From Squalus acanthias (lineage: Eukaryota), in assembly GCA_030390025.1 (NCBI GenBank), contig CM059432.1, forward strand, positions 73,410,001-73,474,000: a DNA stretch of 64,000 nucleotides, in the 5' to 3' direction. Shown here piece by piece: positions 62,065 to 64,000 of this stretch (positions within the stretch are counted from its first letter, which is position 1; each line of letters starts with the position of its first letter). Made by a program: the position numbers and the translations under genes. The notes under the pieces are model-generated. The model ran no database searches and was not told the origin of the DNA. It saw only the letters and a program-made list of their open reading frames with translations.

Positions 62065-63225
62065 ATGGGGGCTGCACTGAATGGGGGCGTCGTCCTGCTC
62101 CAGCTGAATCGGAGGACACAGAGACGCAGAGAGAGAGTGGCAATGATGGCCAGACGGAGGAGAGCCAACAGGCGTATGTACAGGAGAGCTTACCCTCCCA
62201 GGGTATATCGTGAACAGCTCTCCTACATTCATATGTCTGAGGAGCTGTGTTTGCGAAGGCTGCGATTCAGCAAGGAGGTGGTCACTGAGCTCTGCCACCT
62301 GCTGCAGCCAGATCTGCAGCCTCAACTGAGGTCCAGGACGTCTCTGTCGGTGGCAGTGAAGGTCACAGTGGCTCTCAACTTCTATGCTACTGGCTCATTT
62401 CAAGCTGCTGCTGGGGACCTCGCCAATATCTCCCAGTTCGCGGTGCATTGCTGCATCCGGCAGGTCACAAATGCCCTCTTTAAAAGGAGACGAGAGTTCA
62501 TCTCTTTCCCCATGACCCCAGACAAGCAGCGTGACCGCGCTCTGGGCTTTGCGAGGATAGCGGGCTTCCCCATGGTGCAGGGCGCCATTGACTGCACGCA
62601 TGTGGCTTTGCGTGCTCCACATGAGAATGCCGAGGAATTCCGGAACAGAAAGGGGTTCCATTCCTTGAATGTTCAGTTGGTCTGTGACCACAGACAGCTG
62701 ATACTCGCTGTCAATGCCCACTATCCTGGCAGCTGCCACGATGCTTTCATCCTGCGCCAGACTACTGTGGCAGAACTTTTCGAGGCACCGCATCAGCCAG
62801 TTGGTTGGCTTCTCGGGGACAAGGGGTATCCATTGAGCACCTGGCTGATGACACCGCTCCGTACGCCCAACACCCCTGCTGAGCTGCGGTACAACGAGAG
62901 CCATCAAGCTACCAGGAACATCATTGAGCGCACAATCGGCGTGCTGAAGCAACGGTTCCGCTGTCTCGACCATTCTGGAGGAGCCCTGCAGTACTCGCCT
63001 GAGCGAGTATCCAACTTCGTAGTTATGTGCTGCATGTTGCATAACATGGCAATCGTCAGGACCCAGCCAATGCCACCAGGCCTTGGAGCACCACCAGAGG
63101 AGGAGGAGGAAGAGGAGGAAGAGGATGAGGAGGATGATCATCAGCAGCACCAAGGCGGGAGGGCGGCCCACAATGGTGAAACTGCAAGGGCCGTCCGTCA
63201 ACGGCTGATAGCAAGCCGCTTCTAG
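62065..63225 (+). CDS. Harbinger DDE transposase (HARBI1-like), 386 aa, uninterrupted
   Basis: ATG 62065 to TAG; GAID(176)CTHV, CHD(226)AFIL, LLGD(252)KGY, IIE(288)RTIG, LKQRFRCL, CCMLHN, acidic tail. Confidence 0.93.
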   Translation: MGAALNGGVVLLQLNRRTQRRRERVAMMARRRRANRRMYRRAYPPRVYREQLSYIHMSEELCLRRLRFSKEVVTELCHLLQPDLQPQLRSRTSLSVAVKVTVALNFYATGSFQAAAGDLANISQFAVHCCIRQVTNALFKRRREFISFPMTPDKQRDRALGFARIAGFPMVQGAIDCTHVALRAPHENAEEFRNRKGFHSLNVQLVCDHRQLILAVNAHYPGSCHDAFILRQTTVAELFEAPHQPVGWLLGDKGYPLSTWLMTPLRTPNTPAELRYNESHQATRNIIERTIGVLKQRFRCLDHSGGALQYSPERVSNFVVMCCMLHNMAIVRTQPMPPGLGAPPEEEEEEEEEDEEDDHQQHQGGRAAHNGETARAVRQRLIASRF

Positions 63226-63537
63226 GGCCCCTGCTGTGGAAATGGCTTCTGCCATTGCTAACAACATCAATGAACCCAGCACGCAACCCCTAAGCCGGCC
63301 AAGGCACCAATGATTCCAAACACCAAACATGTATATTTTGAATACAAAAACTTATTTATTTTACAAACTCTGTGTGTGTCATTTCCTCATGACAAACTCA
63401 TAGAAATAAACACAAAAAAACAGTCATTAACATAACTGGTTCTCACAACCTGGAGATAATGTCCAAAACACTAGACAAAAGTTGGACCACGAACCTCGGC
63501 CTTTAATAAAAAAATGACCAGCATTTTGTCACACCTC

Positions 63538-64000
63538 CTACTTTTTGCCCTTCGAGGGTGATCTCCTTCCCTTGCGCACTTCCCCCCTTCTAACCCTACT
63601 GCTCCTCCGTAATGGGACCTCAGTGGCTGCAGCAAGGCTGGTGGAAGGCTGCTGATTGTCAGACCCTGACACTGCAGATGCCCCTGAAGGACGGCCTCGA
63701 CCAGTTCTGGGCCTGGAGGGCCCGGCTGCAGACTGCACCAACTCTGCATGGGCGGCAGCAGTCTGTCCTACAGGCGGTGGCAAGTGCAGTGGAGAAGTGA
63801 CAGTGTTGGCAGCAGGAATGCTGTAATCGTGAGAGAGGACAGCAACTCCCTGCTCGACCGACACACTGGCACTCCCACGGGGCAGCACTTCAGCATCCGG
63901 AGCAATCTGCTGGAGCACAGATTGCTGGCCTGCTGCGGCGCGGTGAGAGCCCCGGGGACATGTGAACGAACCATCGAGGTTGGCAGCAGTCAGTGCTCGC
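63538..64000 (-). CDS. 3' part of the last exon of the Harbinger Myb/SANT partner gene (5'-incomplete)
   Basis: Frame open from the window end to the stop at 63538; collinear with 20170-20627 (TAA..QQSVLQQI, AVLS, HAELVQSAAGPS, QQPST); basic C-terminus. Confidence 0.8.
   Translation of the reverse strand, partial: RALTAANLDGSFTCPRGSHRAAAGQQSVLQQIAPDAEVLPRGSASVSVEQGVAVLSHDYSIPAANTVTSPLHLPPPVGQTAAAHAELVQSAAGPSRPRTGRGRPSGASAVSGSDNQQPSTSLAAATEVPLRRSSRVRRGEVRKGRRSPSKGKK

Larger units (their letters stand above)
61552..64000 (+). mobile_element. Potentially autonomous PIF/Harbinger transposon, running off the window end
   Basis: Left TIR GGGGGAAAAATTC preceded by CAT (predicted TSD); intact transposase; convergent partner ORF. 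Confidence 0.92.

Noticed and set aside
62065..63225. Host gene HARBI1
   Set aside because: Lies inside a TIR element with a convergent partner gene and several paralogous decayed copies nearby, so it is a transposon transposase
62395..63330. 311-aa minus-strand ORF
   Set aside because: Antisense shadow of the GC-rich transposase with no recognisable motif

Overview
Eukaryotic, repeat-dense DNA with no recognisable host exon. The repeat families (CR1 and L2 LINEs, DeuSINE-like SINEs, Penelope pLTR fragments) suggest a cartilaginous-fish genome; this is inference. The window is a nested stack of transposable elements. It holds two long CR1 LINEs, several copies of a second LINE family, L2 and RTE fragments, a 1.67-kb solo LTR and Penelope-like fragments carrying minimal hammerhead ribozymes. 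It also holds about a dozen PIF/Harbinger elements (autonomous-type, deleted derivatives, MITEs), many with readable TIRs and 3-bp TSDs. The highlight is a Harbinger at 61552->64000 with an uninterrupted 386-aa DDE transposase facing a convergent Myb/SANT-partner gene. Two non-autonomous derivatives of it (866-1649, 44844-45735) keep both inward-facing promoter regions and sit inside CR1 ORF1s. All alignments were done by eye and no database search was run.
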